Assembly (NCBI RefSeq): GCF_006345805.1
Contig: NC_042998.1
Location: 132,680,001 to 132,744,000, forward strand
Reading direction: 5' to 3'
Source: Octopus sinensis
Lineage: Eukaryota
Length of the DNA: 64,000 nucleotides
Each line of letters starts with the position of its first letter. Within the stretch, counting starts at the first letter, position 1. Positions 1-13,206 of this stretch are shown here, piece by piece. Both the position numbers and the translations under genes were made by a program. The notes beneath the pieces are model-generated. The model made no database searches, was not told the DNA's origin, and worked only from the letters and a program-made list of their open reading frames with translations.

Positions 1-668
1 GGACTGAATACCTGGCTGTATTTACTTTGCTTCCTCTATATTCTTAGTGCAAATCCAGCAAAAGTACAAGAATTGGGGGAGCTGTTTTTCATCCTTCATC
101 CAGTTGATTGAAATAAAAAGGATTAGTAATGAACAAAGATTTTCCATTTCATTATCAATGTTCGATTTTGTTTCCTGGAACCCAGTGAATTAAACTTATT
201 AAACTTTTTATAACTTTCAAACAATACAAGTGAAGGATTGTGGAGAGAAAGGATTAATAGTTTTTTTTATAGATTTTTTTTTTTTTGCTCACAAGAATAT
301 GGCAGGAGTAAATCGTGAAATCTATTATTAGGCAAGGTAAAAGTGTCCATAACAATAATAATCATAATGATGATGATGATTTCAGATTTTGGCACTAGGG
401 TAATAATTTCTGGGGGCGTGGGGTAATTTTTCTCCATTAAACCCTGAAAGGATGAAAAGCAAAATTGACCTTGGCAGAATTGAACTCAGAACTTAAAGAC
501 AGATGAAATGAGGCTAAGCATTTTGCTTGGTGTGCTAATGATTTTGTCAGCTTGCCACTCTAATAATCATAATAATAATAATAATCCTTCCTACTAAAGG
601 TGAAAGGATGAAAGGCTAAGTTGACTTCAACAGGAATTGAACTCAGAATGTACAGATGGATGAAATAC

Positions 669-899
669 CTATTTCTTTACTACCCACAAGGGGCTAAACA
701 CAGAGGATAAACAAGGACAGACAAATGGATTAAGTTGATTATATCGACCCCAGTGCGTAACTGGTACTTATTTAATCGACCCCGAAAGGATGAAAGGCAA
801 AGTCGACCTCGGTGGAATTTGAACTCAGAACGTAGTGGCAGATGATATACGGTTACGCATTTTGCCCGGCGTGCTAACGTTTCTGCCAGCTCACCACCT
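669..899 (-). mobile_element. SINE family A (tRNA-like head GGCGGCGAGCTGGCAGAA), near full length
   Basis: Reverse complement of the ~225-bp unit repeated at 20131, 22813, 27061 and 42319. Decayed partial copies adjoin at ~430-668 and ~980-1140. Confidence 0.85.
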
Positions 900-903
900 T
901 ACA

Positions 904-936
<33 letters not shown>

Positions 937-1940
937 TTGTTACTTAGGTAGCGGCAGTAGATTTGGAAGAGGTCACAGCTGATTAGATTAACTTCAGTAT
1001 TTCATTGGTGCTTATTTTATTGAGCTCAAAGAATGAAAGCTGATGTTGGCTTCAGTTGTAGTTGAACTCAGAACTTAAAAGCATGACATAAAATACTGCT
1101 ATAAAGCATTTTCTCCAACACTCTACTGATTCTTCCATCCATGGCCATCAGAAAACTTACAATAAATTAGCCACAAGGGGTGACATACCTCTCAGTTTTC
1201 AAATTTTCCTCCATAGAATAAAACTTTGTATAACAACCATGCTAATCTATATGGATATGGATTAAGAAAAACAACAACAACAGCAACATATAATGAATGT
1301 GCCATTCAATTATTTTGAGTTTTTTTTCGTTTCTTTTTTTTTTTAGGGTAAAATAACCCCCTTCCAAGTAAATAAAGATATGTTCTCTTGGTAATTGTCT
1401 CCTGGCAGCTCATCATCTGTCTCTTTTTCTCTCTGTTGCCAGCCAATTAAAAGTGAATCCTTTCTGCGGCTTTTCTCATTTCTCTTCCTTTGTCAGCAGT
1501 TTGAAATAGCTTAGCATTTTGTTATTGTTGTCAAAATTTCTAAGGTGAGGAGAGTGGGCGATAATATCCCCTCTCCGCACCTTCCTCCCTCCACCCTGGT
1601 ATTTCAGAGACCAATTAAGATCTCATTTTTGGTGATAAACTCTAAATTTTTCAGTGCATCACCCTCCACCTCCCTTCCTCCTCCTCTTAAATTTTTGTTG
1701 GGGGTTGATGTTTATCTTTGCTTAGAGGCATTTTTATTGTAAAGTTTTAAAGTGTATATGAATGCATGTATAAATGTCTAGCTTCAGTATCTGTCAATCA
1801 TTTTCATAAAGCCTGCATCTTTCCCTCTTGCAGGTTCTCTCTTTCTCTCTCCCACACAAACACACGCGCACAGCCCGCCCGTCTTTCTTTCATATTGTCA
1901 GTTTCAATCTCATTCTCCACATCAGTATTATCACTTTCCA

Positions 1941-1969
<29 letters not shown>

Positions 1970-1975
<6 letters not shown>

Positions 1976-2240
1976 CTGTTTGAACTATTTTCACCCCCTT
2001 TTCACCCTTCTTGCCTCTATCTCTCCCCCTCTCTCTCTCTCTCTCCCACTCTCTCTCTCTCCCACTCTCTGTCTGTTAAAACACTTTTCGCCCTTCCTGC
2101 CTCTATCTCTCCCCCCCTCTCTCTCTCTCTCCCACTCTCTGTCTGTTAAAACCCTTTTCACCCCTCCTGCCTCCCCCTCTCTTTCTCTTTCTCTCCCGCT
2201 CTCTGTCTGTTAGCCTTTTCACCCCCTCCTGCCTCTACTC
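1970..2240. repeat. Pyrimidine-rich minisatellite, about 4 units of 64-70 bp
   Basis: Anchor GTCTGTTA recurs at 2071, 2141 and 2205, each followed by TTTTCACCC/CCTGCCTC and CT runs. Confidence 0.75.
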
Positions 2241-2365
2241 TCTCACATACATGCATCAACCTGCCAACTGCTGACATAGCTGCATTGTGCTGCACACTCA
2301 GCAACTAGCAACAGTTGCACTATCATCCATTTGATTCACTGCCATGTGAACCTTGTGATGTTATC

Positions 2366-2375
2366 GTGACGTCAC
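2366..2375. promoter_or_regulatory. Perfect CRE palindrome (GTGACGTCAC), candidate cis element of the NR1J gene
   Basis: TGACGTCA at 2367-2374 inside a 10-bp palindrome, with CpG retained in a CpG-poor region. Function is inferred only. Confidence 0.3.
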
Positions 2376-3559
2376 CAAGGCCAGTCAGCATCTTCCACTT
2401 CAGGCTGCTTGAGAGGGTTTTTCCAACACTATGATAACAACATTAAGCATTTGCTATGTTCACACACATCAACAAGGGAGGGGTACAGTCAATTGAATGT
2501 ATCCCCAGCATATAACTGGTGGCTTCATTGATTGTTGATGTAATGAACATCCTAAAATGCTGTAAGATGTTTAATGATTTAGCACATGTGGCGTTTATTA
2601 TCAGTTTATTGTTCAATAGTAAAATAATAGAATGCTGGAATAACAATAGTTATATAGTTGTAATTGGTGGTGATGTATTAATGATTTATACCATAAGGTA
2701 CAACAGTATGAATTGGTTGTGAGGAAACTGTGTGTGTGTCTACAGGCATGGCTGTGTGGTAAGAAGCTCGCTTCCCAACCACATGATTCTGGGTTCAGTC
2801 CCTCTGTGTGGCACCTTCAGTGAGTGTTCTCTAATATAGCCTTGTGAGTGGATTTGGTAGACAGAATCTGAAAGAAGCCCATCACGCACGCACATAAATG
2901 TGTGTGTCTTTGTGTCTGCTTGACAACCAGTGTTGGTTTCTTTACATCCCCGTCACTTAATGGTTAGGGAAGATATTTTGTCTCCCACTTTACTGATTCT
3001 GCCAGTCAAATACTCTGTTGGTGATGATTGTATCTATTTCATCAACATTACTGAGATTGATTGTAATGAGGCAAAAGCCTGCCTTTGTGACGTGTGGTAT
3101 AAAGAGTTTGTAGTTGATAGAATCTACCTACAGGTACTTACAGAAATTGAGGAACATGTGCATATATCCAGTAGTGGCCAAAAGTTTGGAACATTTAAAA
3201 AAGAAATTAAACTTATGCACAATTTAATTCAAATATAACCATGAGCAGCTGTATATATATGCACACATTTACACATATGTATTATTAAGAATACTCAGTC
3301 CAGTTTGTGTATTATGATGTACACTTGGGAAACAGAAATATTCGGTGACCATTGGTTCTAGGCTGGGTCTCTATGGAATCTTCAATCTCTCAGTTGTCTG
3401 TCAAGAAGTAAGACAGCCTAACATGCCATCCCTCTGTCTCCAGGTTATTAGCTACAGGTTGGAATCAGATGTATGTGGAGGAGGAACAGGGGTTCTATGT
3501 TAAGTGAAATAGCTCAGTCTGGAATTGAACCTGCATTATAAAATCCGCTTTCACATGCT

Positions 3560-3924
3560 TATGGCTGTGTGGTAAGAAGCTTGCTTCCCAACCACATGGT
3601 TCTGGGTTCAATCCCGCTGTGTGACACCTTGGGCAAGTGTCTTCTACTATAGCCTCATGCTGACCAAAGACGAGTGGATTTGGTAGGGAACTGAAAAGAA
3701 GCTTGTTGTGTGTGTCTGTGTCCTTCACTCCCATCATTGCTTGACAACCAATGTTGGTGTGTTTATGTCCCTGTAACTTAGCAGTTCGGCAAAGGAGACC
3801 AATAGAATAAGTACTAGACTTAAGAAGAATAAGTCCTGGGGCTGATTTCTTTAACTCAGAAAACTTTTAAGTCAGTGCTCTAGCATAACTGTAGTCAAAT
3901 GGCTGAAACAAGTAAAAGAATAAA
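3560..3924 (+). mobile_element. SINE family B (head GGCTGTGTGGTAAGAAG, internal microsatellite), CpG-decayed copy
   Basis: Colinear with intact copies at 43846-44250 and 62087-62470, with most CpGs changed to TpG/CpA. Further decayed copies at ~2745-2960 and ~7250-7650. Confidence 0.8.
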
Positions 3925-4149
3925 TATATACATGGCGATATATATATATAGTTCATAGATGAGGTCCAAATGTTTTCCACATAGAATACACTTAGTAGTG
4001 CTCAATGGATTAAACTAGAGTGGGTATAGAAGTAAATGCAGGGGAAGTAAGTTAGACAGATCAATATATAAAGTACATATCATGGTTTTAATATATTTTA
4101 TATATTGATCTGTCTAACTTAATTCCCTTACATTTACTAGTAGGTGTGT

Positions 4150-4478
4150 ATGGCACTTGTGCTGGTGGCACACGAAAAAAACCATTCGAGCGAGGTCGTT
4201 GCCAGTGCCACTGGTCTGGCTCCTTTGCAGGTGGCACATAAAAAAAGCACCATTTGAGCGTGGCCATTGCCAGTACCGCCTGACTGGCCCTTGTGCCGGT
4301 AGCTCGTAAAAGCACCCACTACACTCTCGGAGTGATTGGCGTTAGGAAGGGCATCCAGCTGTAGAAACTCTGCCAGATCAGATTGGAGTCTGGTGCAGCC
4401 ATCTGGTTCGCCGGACCTCAGTCAAATCGTCCAACCCATGCTAGCATGGAAAGCAGACGTTAAACGATGATGATGATA
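4150..4478 (+). mobile_element. Non-autonomous retroposon with ~65-bp internal subrepeats and (GAT)n tail, probably RTE-mobilised
   Basis: Contains GGCGTTAGGAAGGGCATCCAGCTGTAGAAA and ends CCCATGCTAGCATGGAAAGCAGACGTTAAACGATGATGATGAT. A related inverted copy lies at ~6213-6540. RTE link inferred from the tail type. Confidence 0.6.
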
Positions 4479-5015
4479 CACATACACACCCCTTATATAT
4501 CTGTGTGTGTGTGCCTGCATGTATTTATACATATTTATGTGTGTATTACTGATATTATTTTGTTCTATATATTCCTGTGTTGTGTATATATTTAGTAACA
4601 TGAAAAATATCTTGCATAGCTCTGCTGGTTCACATTTAATAATTGCTAGCTGCATTCTTTATTCTGCTCACCACCACCACTGCCAAAGTCACCCTTCCCT
4701 GTTGGGTCTTCCTCACACCACCACCACTAATGATGGCTTTATATATATATATATATATAGATAGATAGATAGATAGATAGATATAGATAATCTCCTGTTA
4801 TTGCTGTTAACTTCAAGGAACACTACAACGGCATGTAGGACAAACAACAGTGCCATTAACAACAACAACAATATTAACAGCACTGTCAACAATATTGCTA
4901 CCACCGCAACCACCACCACCACCACCACTGAGCCACAGCAGTAGCCAACAACACTACCACTGCTACTATCATTACTGACAGAAGTGACAATAGCACCAAT
5001 CACAACTTTATCACC

Positions 5016-5046
<31 letters not shown>

Positions 5047-6212
5047 TTATAATCAATGCTGCTAACTCCTCCAGTTGGTGTTTCATTTGTTTGTAATTTA
5101 GTAATTATCTATGAGGAGGTGGTGGTGGTGGTGGTGGTGGTGGTGGTGGTGGTTGTGTTTGTGTCATTCTCAGGGTATAGTGGTAGTTCATGTGTGTGTG
5201 TGTGTGTGTGTGTGGTTGAAGTTAATGGTGGTGGTGGTGGCATGTAATAGTAGTTTTGGAATGATTAGTGAATAGTTAGTGGTGTTGGTGAGTGAATGGT
5301 GTTTGGTGCTGGCTAATGCTAATGTTGGTGTGTGTGTGTGTGTGTGTGTGTGTGTGATAGTAGTATTTAGCAAGTGTTTCGAAGTATGTGAGGTGGGGTG
5401 GGGGAGTGATCGTGGTGATGGTGGTGTTGCTTTTAGTGAGGGTAATTGTTAATTTGCCACTGGGCTGTCCAAAAAAAACTTTAGCTTTTGCCTAGGTGGC
5501 CTTGTTATTTCTAATGTTGGTATTGGTATTAGTAGTTGTTTATCTACCCATTTATATACTTACCTATTTATACACATTACTACCTAAAGTGGACCAATAA
5601 GGGAGTGTCTATGGAAACACTAAGCCTGCTAGAAATAGCAACCAAATTTCTCAAATTACACCCTACTCCCTTTTTTTCCTTTTAGTCAAGGATACAGTGT
5701 ACTTACAATCACTGACCGATACATAAAAGGATGGGATGGTTACAGCTGGAATGTCTTTGATCATTGATCTACTTGTTCAAAGTTGACATGGAGTTAACAG
5801 CAGTGACAATTACCTGTGTGTATGTATGTGTGTGTGTTAGAAATATTAAAAAAACACGTTTTTTAATATGTTACGTCCTAATTCAGATGTCCTACAAATT
5901 TATAAATTTATTTAGAAATGGTTATTTTGGGGAAAGTTACTACTAGCTCTTGTTTGGTCACTGAAGTTAGTAATAATGATTTCAAATTCTGGCTGAAGGC
6001 CAACAATGTGTTTTGGGGTGGGGATGGGGGGTAAATTGATGACATTGACCCCAGGTGATCACCTGAGAAATAAGTACTGTAAGTAAACCTTTCACAAGGT
6101 TGTGGGCTGAAATAAATGTTAGTGTATGGGACAAAATGCTTAGTGGTATTTCTTTCATCGCTTTATGTTCTGAGTTCAAATGCTGCCACGGTCAGCTTTG
6201 CTTTCAATTCTT

Positions 6213-6540
6213 TCATCATCATCATCATCATCATCATCATATATCCATTGTCCATGCTGGCATGGGTTGCATTATTTGACTGGGCTGGCACACTGGAAGG
6301 CTGTGCCAGGCTCCAGTCTGATTTGGCATGGTTTTCTAAGGCTGGATGCCCTTTCTAATGCCAACCACTCTGAGAGTGTAATGGGTGCTTTTATATGTCA
6401 CCTGCATGGGTGCCATTTGCTTGACAGTGGTATCTGCCACAACTGTGATTTTACTTGGCTTGGTGGGTCTTCTTCTCAAGCACTACGTAATGCCAAAGGT
6501 CTTGGTCATTGCCTCCGTGAGGCCCAACACTCGAAAGGTA
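6213..6540 (-). mobile_element. Inverted copy related to the 4150-4478 retroposon
   Basis: (CAT)n then TCCATGCTGGCATGGG...GGCTGGATGCCCTTTCTAATGCCAACC, the reverse complement of the 4330-4478 motifs. Confidence 0.6.
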
Positions 6541-8175
6541 CTCAGTATCAATAAAATAAAGTACTAGCAGAGTATTGGCTCAATATATTCAAGTAATCCC
6601 CTCTTGTTAAAAACTGTTGGCCTTGTGCCAAAATTTAGAAGAATTATTGATACCTTTATTGTTAAACAATGCAAAAGTGAGTTATCAGCTGTCTGAAGCT
6701 AACTATATTAACTAAAAATTAAGAGCTAAGGGAGATAATTGAAATGGGCCAAGGACATGAATTTAGATAAATTAGGAATGTTGTATTGAATGCTATCCAG
6801 AGAAAGTTTTCTCTTAGTTTGAGAAAAAAAAAAAGAAAGAAAATGCATAGTACTGTTTGTGATTTACTAAAATGGAAGTTTATTTCAAGAAATGAAGACC
6901 TTATCTCACAAAGTTAATTTACTATAGGACAGAGCCTTGCCTTCATTTTAAGACAAGGGACAATTATAGACATGTTTCAATCTATCAAACTTCATCTGTA
7001 CTGGTTTTCATTGTTCATTTATCTACCAATCTATGCAGATGTCTCTGAACAGTAAATATTGTGCATCTTCTATTCTATATGTGCAAGTCCATTTGGTGGG
7101 TGGTGTACTTGATTGAATACTGACACATATACACCCCAGTGGCATTTATTTATCAATTACCAGATTGAGGAGATAGCAACAAAGCCAGCCTTGGCAGCAT
7201 TTCACTTCCGTCTTATATACTTACATTTATATCAAAGTTTAAAATATGCTTGGCCTGTGTGGCTTTGTGGTTAAGAAGCTTGCTTTACAACCATGTGGTC
7301 TTGGGTTCAGTCCTACCATGTGGCACCGAGGGAAAATGTCTTCTACAACCCTGGGTTAAGCAAAGCCTTGTGAGTTTAGATTTGGAAGATGGAAATTGAA
7401 AGAAACCTGTAGTGTGTGTGATTGTGTATACCCTTGTCTAGACATCAGGTAATGGTTGTAAATTATCTTCATTGTCATACAAGTGAGGTTGTTTTGTTTC
7501 TAGTCTTCCATGAAAAACATATCTAGCCTTGCTTGGAAACAGGTGGAGGCTGGCAACAAGAAGGGTATTCAGCTGTAGATAATCTGCCTCAGCAAATTCC
7601 GTTTTGTTCATGCAAGCATGAAAGAGTGGATGGTAAATGGAGATGATGATGCAACATATAACATCTTTGTCACTCTGATTTCCAGAATTGTGGGTTATGT
7701 TCCTTTCAATTTTTGCACAATGATGGTGAAAATCAGTAGACCTTTATTATATCCTTTCACGTTATGTATTTAAATTCTACTCAGCTCAGTTTTGTATTTC
7801 ATCCTTCTGTGGGTCAGTAACATAATTACTGGGGTAGTACTTGGTGCACTGTTATCAACGATGCCTCACCATTCCCAAAATGTGTGGCCTTCTATCTTCC
7901 CTCTTCATTGTAAGGTGTGCATTTAATTAACCCTTGATATAATCTCTTTTCTTTATATTTTCTTATTTTTATTTCATTATTCTTGTAGACATAATTATCA
8001 TCATTGTATTTTAATTCCATTTTATTATTCTTGTTCTTTTATCATCATCCAATTCTTTTCTACTCTCCTCTGATTAATTTTCACTCCCCACTCTTTTCTT
8101 TACCAAAAATTTCTCCAGGCTTGACCGTTATTTTTTTTTTTTCTCTCTCTTTGCAGCTTTGAGGACTCTAACAGT

Positions 8176-8376
8176 ATGGAGCCGGTGTCGAACCACTATC
8201 CGTCGGTGGAATCACGGCAGCTCTCGGCAAACTCTGCTGAGGCCATAAAAAGTCGCAAGAACAAAGAAGACAAATACTGCGGAGTCTGCGGGGACCGGGC
8301 TCTTGGTTACAACTTTGATGCCATCTCCTGTGAATCATGCAAGGCTTTCTTCCGGAGAAATGCCCCAAAGGGCTTG
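8176..8376 (+). CDS. NR1J: NR1J (HR96/DAF-12-like) nuclear receptor, first visible coding exon: short A/B region and zinc finger 1
   Basis: MEPVSN...[35 protein letters not shown] gives C-X2-C-X13-C-X2-C with P-box ESCKA, typical of NR1J (NR1I has EGCKG). Polypyrimidine tract and TTGCAG acceptor end at 8156. Donor TTG|GTAACT at 8376/8377, phase 0. ATG context AGTATGG. Confidence 0.93.
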
Positions 8377-10301
8377 GTAACTATCTCCAATTCTTATATT
8401 TGAAACTATATCTATTGCTGTGTGTGTGTCATACATTCTTCCCTCTGAGCCTATTGCCTGAATACACAACAAAATAGCAATATTTGAACTCAAGACCTTT
8501 GGGGTTGTTAGTCCAGTTGTCATATACACTTGGATATTTCACTCATTGTAAAATTTGAGCTCGTTACTGCAAGTTAGCATAGTATTCATCAATTAAATAT
8601 ACAGTGTTGTTGCTAAGAGTTGAACTAGTCAGACAGACTGAGGCAAGCAGAATAGTAGTTAGCTTGCAAGCACATAAACATTCAGAATTCTCCCATTCCA
8701 TTTTCATTGTAGTGTTCCTCTTATCACTGGCAGTCTTATAAATTGCATGTCTTTAGTTGTTGAGGTTTTTGTGTGGTGTCTAACTAAGTAGATACTCTGA
8801 TTAAGTAGATGCATGGCACATGCCTTGCTGGTAGAATCTTTAGCTGTCACCTACATATTCTAGCACATTAGCCACCTACACATTCTAGCATCAGTAACAT
8901 CATTAGCCCCATGATCACCATAAGAGCCAGCACATCATGCAGTAGACAGAGTACAGCGAACCCATGCTAACATTCTGCATAGTAAACTACAAGCTGATAA
9001 TATGAAATGTCAATAGTAATGCGTGTTTTTCAGTTGTCGTTTAGTCCTTGTCCCAGAAGTAACTTACGATGTCAAGTATTCCAATTAAGACCATCCTGCC
9101 ATTCTTGATCAATGTTTCTTACACTATCCAATATATCCTCTTTCTTTTTAAACTGTCAAGTGCCTTATGTGAAATTTGACTGCTATTTACTGCAGAATTA
9201 GTGTCTATATAGAGACTCCCTCATTGGCCTGAACAAATGATGAACCAAGCTTGGTGAAGTGGGAGATAAAAATCTCTTGCAGTTGGTGTTCTACTGAGTC
9301 TGTGATCCCAAGACACTGAAACTCTTGCTGGCCTGGTTCATTTCACTGTTCATTGGTGCAGGCATGAAAAGCTGGTAATAAATAAGGGGTTTTTTTAGCT
9401 TACACTCTTGCGTTGATGCCCTCCCTAAAGTTTCACTATGTTTGCTAGTGAAACCTACCCAAGTTCAATCAGCCTTAGAAGGTTTATGGGGGTCACAGCT
9501 TAGAATTAAGTAGGTAAAAGATATATCTCCTCATCTTGTACAGAATGCCAGTCTGTTCCATGTAGCATTCCCAGACAATACTATCCTAATGCTAGGATAG
9601 TTTTGTTGTTGTAGTAGTACTGGTAGTGACAGTAGCAGCATACATAATATGGTGAGGCACATGAGTTGTCTGTAGTGGAATTGAAGGTTGTCCAATATCC
9701 AGTCCCATTTTGCTAGTGTGCCCCACTACATTATAAATTTAAGAAGAAGAAAGGTGAATGTAAATACTGTTAACATAAGCATTCAAGAATACATTCTCAG
9801 TTGCACACACAAATCAACCAATACTTGCTCAGTCACACAGTTTTATATACATATCACATTGCTTCAATCACATTTTACCTCTTTTGAATAGACTTGATTG
9901 ATAGGTCATTGCCATCTTGGTCAATCTTGTAATGTGTAGACATGCTGCCAGTACCATTGTCTTTGTTCATTGTTTACTTTGAAGACACAAATGTCATCAG
10001 TGCCTGTTTGCCAGTTCACATATGAACGGTGCTTGGTGGTGGGTAAGCAGTAATTAAACAAACACAAATTATCGTTAAAATAAATTAATTGATAAATAAG
10101 CTGGTTATTGAGCATTCTTGCATGTTACATTACTTCGAAGTTTGGCTGAAAGTAGTGAGGAAAAAATGCATTTCTTGATTTGTTTACATACTGGTGCTTG
10201 TAGTTGCTTAGTCCCAGGTTGGCTCAGACCCGAGAAGACTTATGACAAAATGCAATCCTGCAAAAACCATCTCCAGTTCCATTTTTTAAACTCCAGCTTA
10301 A

Positions 10302-10522
10302 CCCTTTCATTACTGTATTTATTTTGAGATGCTCTGTGTTTCTTTCAATTATTTTAAATATGACAAAGAATTTAGAAAAATAACTTAGTTACCATTTAGC
10401 TAGTGTCAGTAACATAAATTGTGACAAAGGTTTGGTGGAAGATTTTAATTCAAAACTTAAGAAAACAAGACATTTGCACTACAGAGCCAGAGGCGGTTTC
10501 AGCCTGGTTGGTAATGAAAGGG
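10302..10522. mobile_element. piggyBac-type MITE, 221 bp
   Basis: Perfect 12-bp TIRs CCCTTTCATTAC (10302-10313) and GTAATGAAAGGG (10511-10522), flanked by TTAA at 10298-10301 and 10523-10526. Confidence 0.85.
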
Positions 10523-11171
10523 TTAACATATCGAGAACTACACTGGCCAACGTTGTCTTCTTCTTTTAAGATAGCAAGCTGTGTGTTGTGAGAAATTTGA
10601 CTGTTATTTCTAACAGATTGACTAAATGCTTTGCAGATAATGGACTCTCATTGGGGTTATTGTTGCTGTTTAACCCCAGGCTGGCTCTGATAAAGCAAGA
10701 CTTATACTTTAAAACATTTCAAAATATAACATTCATTTTTTTTTCCATGGAGCATACTTTCTCTTGGACTATACAGTCCAGTGTGTCCTTTCTTTTATTT
10801 TTCAATGACATGATGGTGCGATTTGGGGGATAATTAACTGCTCTTACCGTCATTTCAAGCAATCACAGAAAGACTCCTGTTGTCAAGGAGTAACAGTCTG
10901 AGAACCACAGGTAGTTGAGTGAACTCATTATTAGACATCCAACCACAGCAAAGATTCGTATGCGGTCAATGTCATTGTATTGGTGTGTCTGCTTGTATCC
11001 TTTTAGGGACACTATCAAGATGTATGTGTGCTGTTTGTATCCTGTTGACAGCGCTGTAGTGGAATGTGAAATTTGTTGACTTGTGCTAAATTCAATACTT
11101 TTTGGAAACAATTCTCAGAAAATCTCTCTCAGTATTTATGTCATTTCTTTTTTTAATTTTATTCTCCCCAG

Positions 11172-11338
11172 GATTATTTCAAATGCCCTTACGAAGAAAA
11201 ATGCAAAATGGATGTGTCCAATCGGCGATTTTGTAAAAAATGCCGGCTACGAAAATGTTTTGAAATAGGAATGAGAAAAGAATATATTCTTACAGAAGAA
11301 GAAAAAATGCGGAAAAGACAAAGAATTGAGGAAAATAG
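11172..11338 (+). CDS. NR1J: NR1J nuclear receptor, second coding exon: zinc finger 2 and C-terminal extension
   Basis: Acceptor CTCCCCAG|GAT at 11171/11172. Translates DYFKCPYEEKCKMDVSNRRFCKKCRLRKCFEIGMRKEYILTEEEKMRKRQRIEEN(R), a C-X5-C-X9-C-X2-C finger. Donor AG|GTACGT at 11338/11339, phase 2. In frame with the previous exon; this frame is missing from the ORF track. Confidence 0.93.
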
Positions 11339-11779
11339 GTACGTACGTCCATAGCATTGTCCACGCTTGGCTCTTACTCCTGTATCATCATCATCATTGT
11401 CGTTTTTATATCCAAAACAAGTTGGTTTTTAAAATGTTTAGTGGCAGAATCAGAAGTGAAGGGATAGAGAACAAACTATTTGCAGGCCACTACAGTATTT
11501 AGGAATGTAACAACATATCAATTTATCTTCAGCTTTCAACAGAGAGAACTCCACTAATGGAAGCTATGAGCCAGACAGTGGTGTGTGATTTAACTGGGTG
11601 ACAGCTTAGAGTTTGCAACATGGATATCTTTGTTGTATCCTTTCTCCCATTCTGCATTTATCATCTCACATGTGTGAGGTCCATATTTTTAATATTCAAA
11701 CCAAATAGTTGACAATTAATGTCTGCTCATCTTCCTGACTAATGATAATTCAACCTGCAACGACTGGGGTCTCACTTTG

Positions 11780-12030
11780 GATAATTGTCCCCTGGATAAT
11801 TTCCCTAATGAAGAGAAAGCACAACAGTGGTGTACAATTAAATTCTTATGTAACTAATTAGGGCTTCAGTTTCATTATACACTTGTTATATAGAATGACA
11901 AATAAAACTTATAAAAAAACAAACTAATTAAGTATAATAGTATTTATTTGCACCTTTGTGGTTGTGCTTTCTGTTAATTCTCCCTTAATTGGCCAAATGT
12001 CTCAGTGACAATTATCCAGGGGTAATTATC
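11780..12030. mobile_element. Possible MITE with ~22-bp imperfect terminal inverted repeats
   Basis: GATAATTGTCCCCTGGATAATT at ~11780-11801 versus CAATTATCCAGGGGTAATTATC at ~12009-12030. Confidence 0.45.
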
Positions 12031-12294
12031 TGCTGGTTGTTATCCTTGTACCCCTTAGTTGGGTGCTACTGTTCGTTTGTTCTAAATGACAGGAGTTTCC
12101 ATGTAGCTGATGTCTGATACTTTTCTTTGTTAGCTTGCAGTATTTTACATTCAAAGCTGAAATCCATCCTCCTCAATTGACCTTACTTTTTTCCCTGTTG
12201 AGGATGGTTCATAATTTGTAGCCCTAATATTATCAGTATCTTGTATAATTTAATCTATAGCTCATGCATAATGTTTAACTTGCATTATTTTAAG

Positions 12295-12500
12295 ACGAAA
12301 GCTGGCAGAATCAGCATGCCAGGCGAAATGCTCTGCAGTATTTGTCTGCTGCTGCTTTCTGAGTTCAAATTCCACCAAGATCAACTTTGCCTTTCATCTT
12401 TCGGGGTCGATAAATTAAGTACCAGTGAAACACTGGGGTTGATGCAATCAGCTAGCCCCCTCCCACTAAATTACAGGCTTTGTGCCTATAGTAGAAAGGA
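12295..12500 (+). mobile_element. SINE family A copy with alternative 3' tail
   Basis: GCTGGCAGAATCAGCATGCCAGGCGAAATG...TTTGCCTTTCATCTTTCGGGGTCGATAAATTAAGTACCAG. Confidence 0.75.
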
Positions 12501-13206
12501 TTATTTTAAGACCCTAGTTCATGATATCTTACTTACCTTCATCTTTTGAATGTTTTGTAAAAGATGTAAAGTGTGTCCTGTCTATGAGGTCAGTTATTCT
12601 GTTTAGGTGCAGCTACTGTTATCACTACTGCCATTACCACAGCCTACACCAAAAGAATTCCATTGTATCTCATTTGAACAGCATTCTGCAACATTTAGCT
12701 AAGCTGACATGCTTTGTTTTTCCATATGTCACTTCTATTGCTACTACAACAATCCCTATTTAATCACTACACTCGCTACTTAGTGCCTCTCCTTTTCTTG
12801 TCATCCCTACTGTGTCTCACCCACACTAGATTTCATGCCAGTGCTTCACCTCTTCCTAGAATCGCAACACGCTAAAATTACTCTCTCTACGCCACCCCAT
12901 AAATGTTGACGAACAGAAATTTCAAACTTGGTGGTTGGCTGTGAAAGTATCCAAAGCTACGGATACTGCTCCAATGCTTTGGCTTAATCAACCAAATTTT
13001 TTATTCTTTTCTTTCAGTACTAGATATTGCTATGTTACCATGCATAGGTCTTACGGTGACGATTATGTATATGTTGGGGTTTATCACTCATTGGCTGGGT
13101 TCAATTAAATCAACTCCTTTTTTCAAATTTGTAACTTTGTGTCCAAGTTAGAAATGATTACATTTTTTTCTTGTGTATTATTATTATTTTTATTATTATT
13201 ACTATA

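Noticed and set aside
1443-1544. Possible 5' UTR exon (TTGCCAG acceptor, AAG|GTGAGG donor)
   Set aside because: Splice-like motifs alone are too common to call an exon without transcript data.
11083-11268. 61-aa ORF overlapping the second zinc-finger exon
   Set aside because: Wrong frame; the conserved finger is read from 11172 in another frame.
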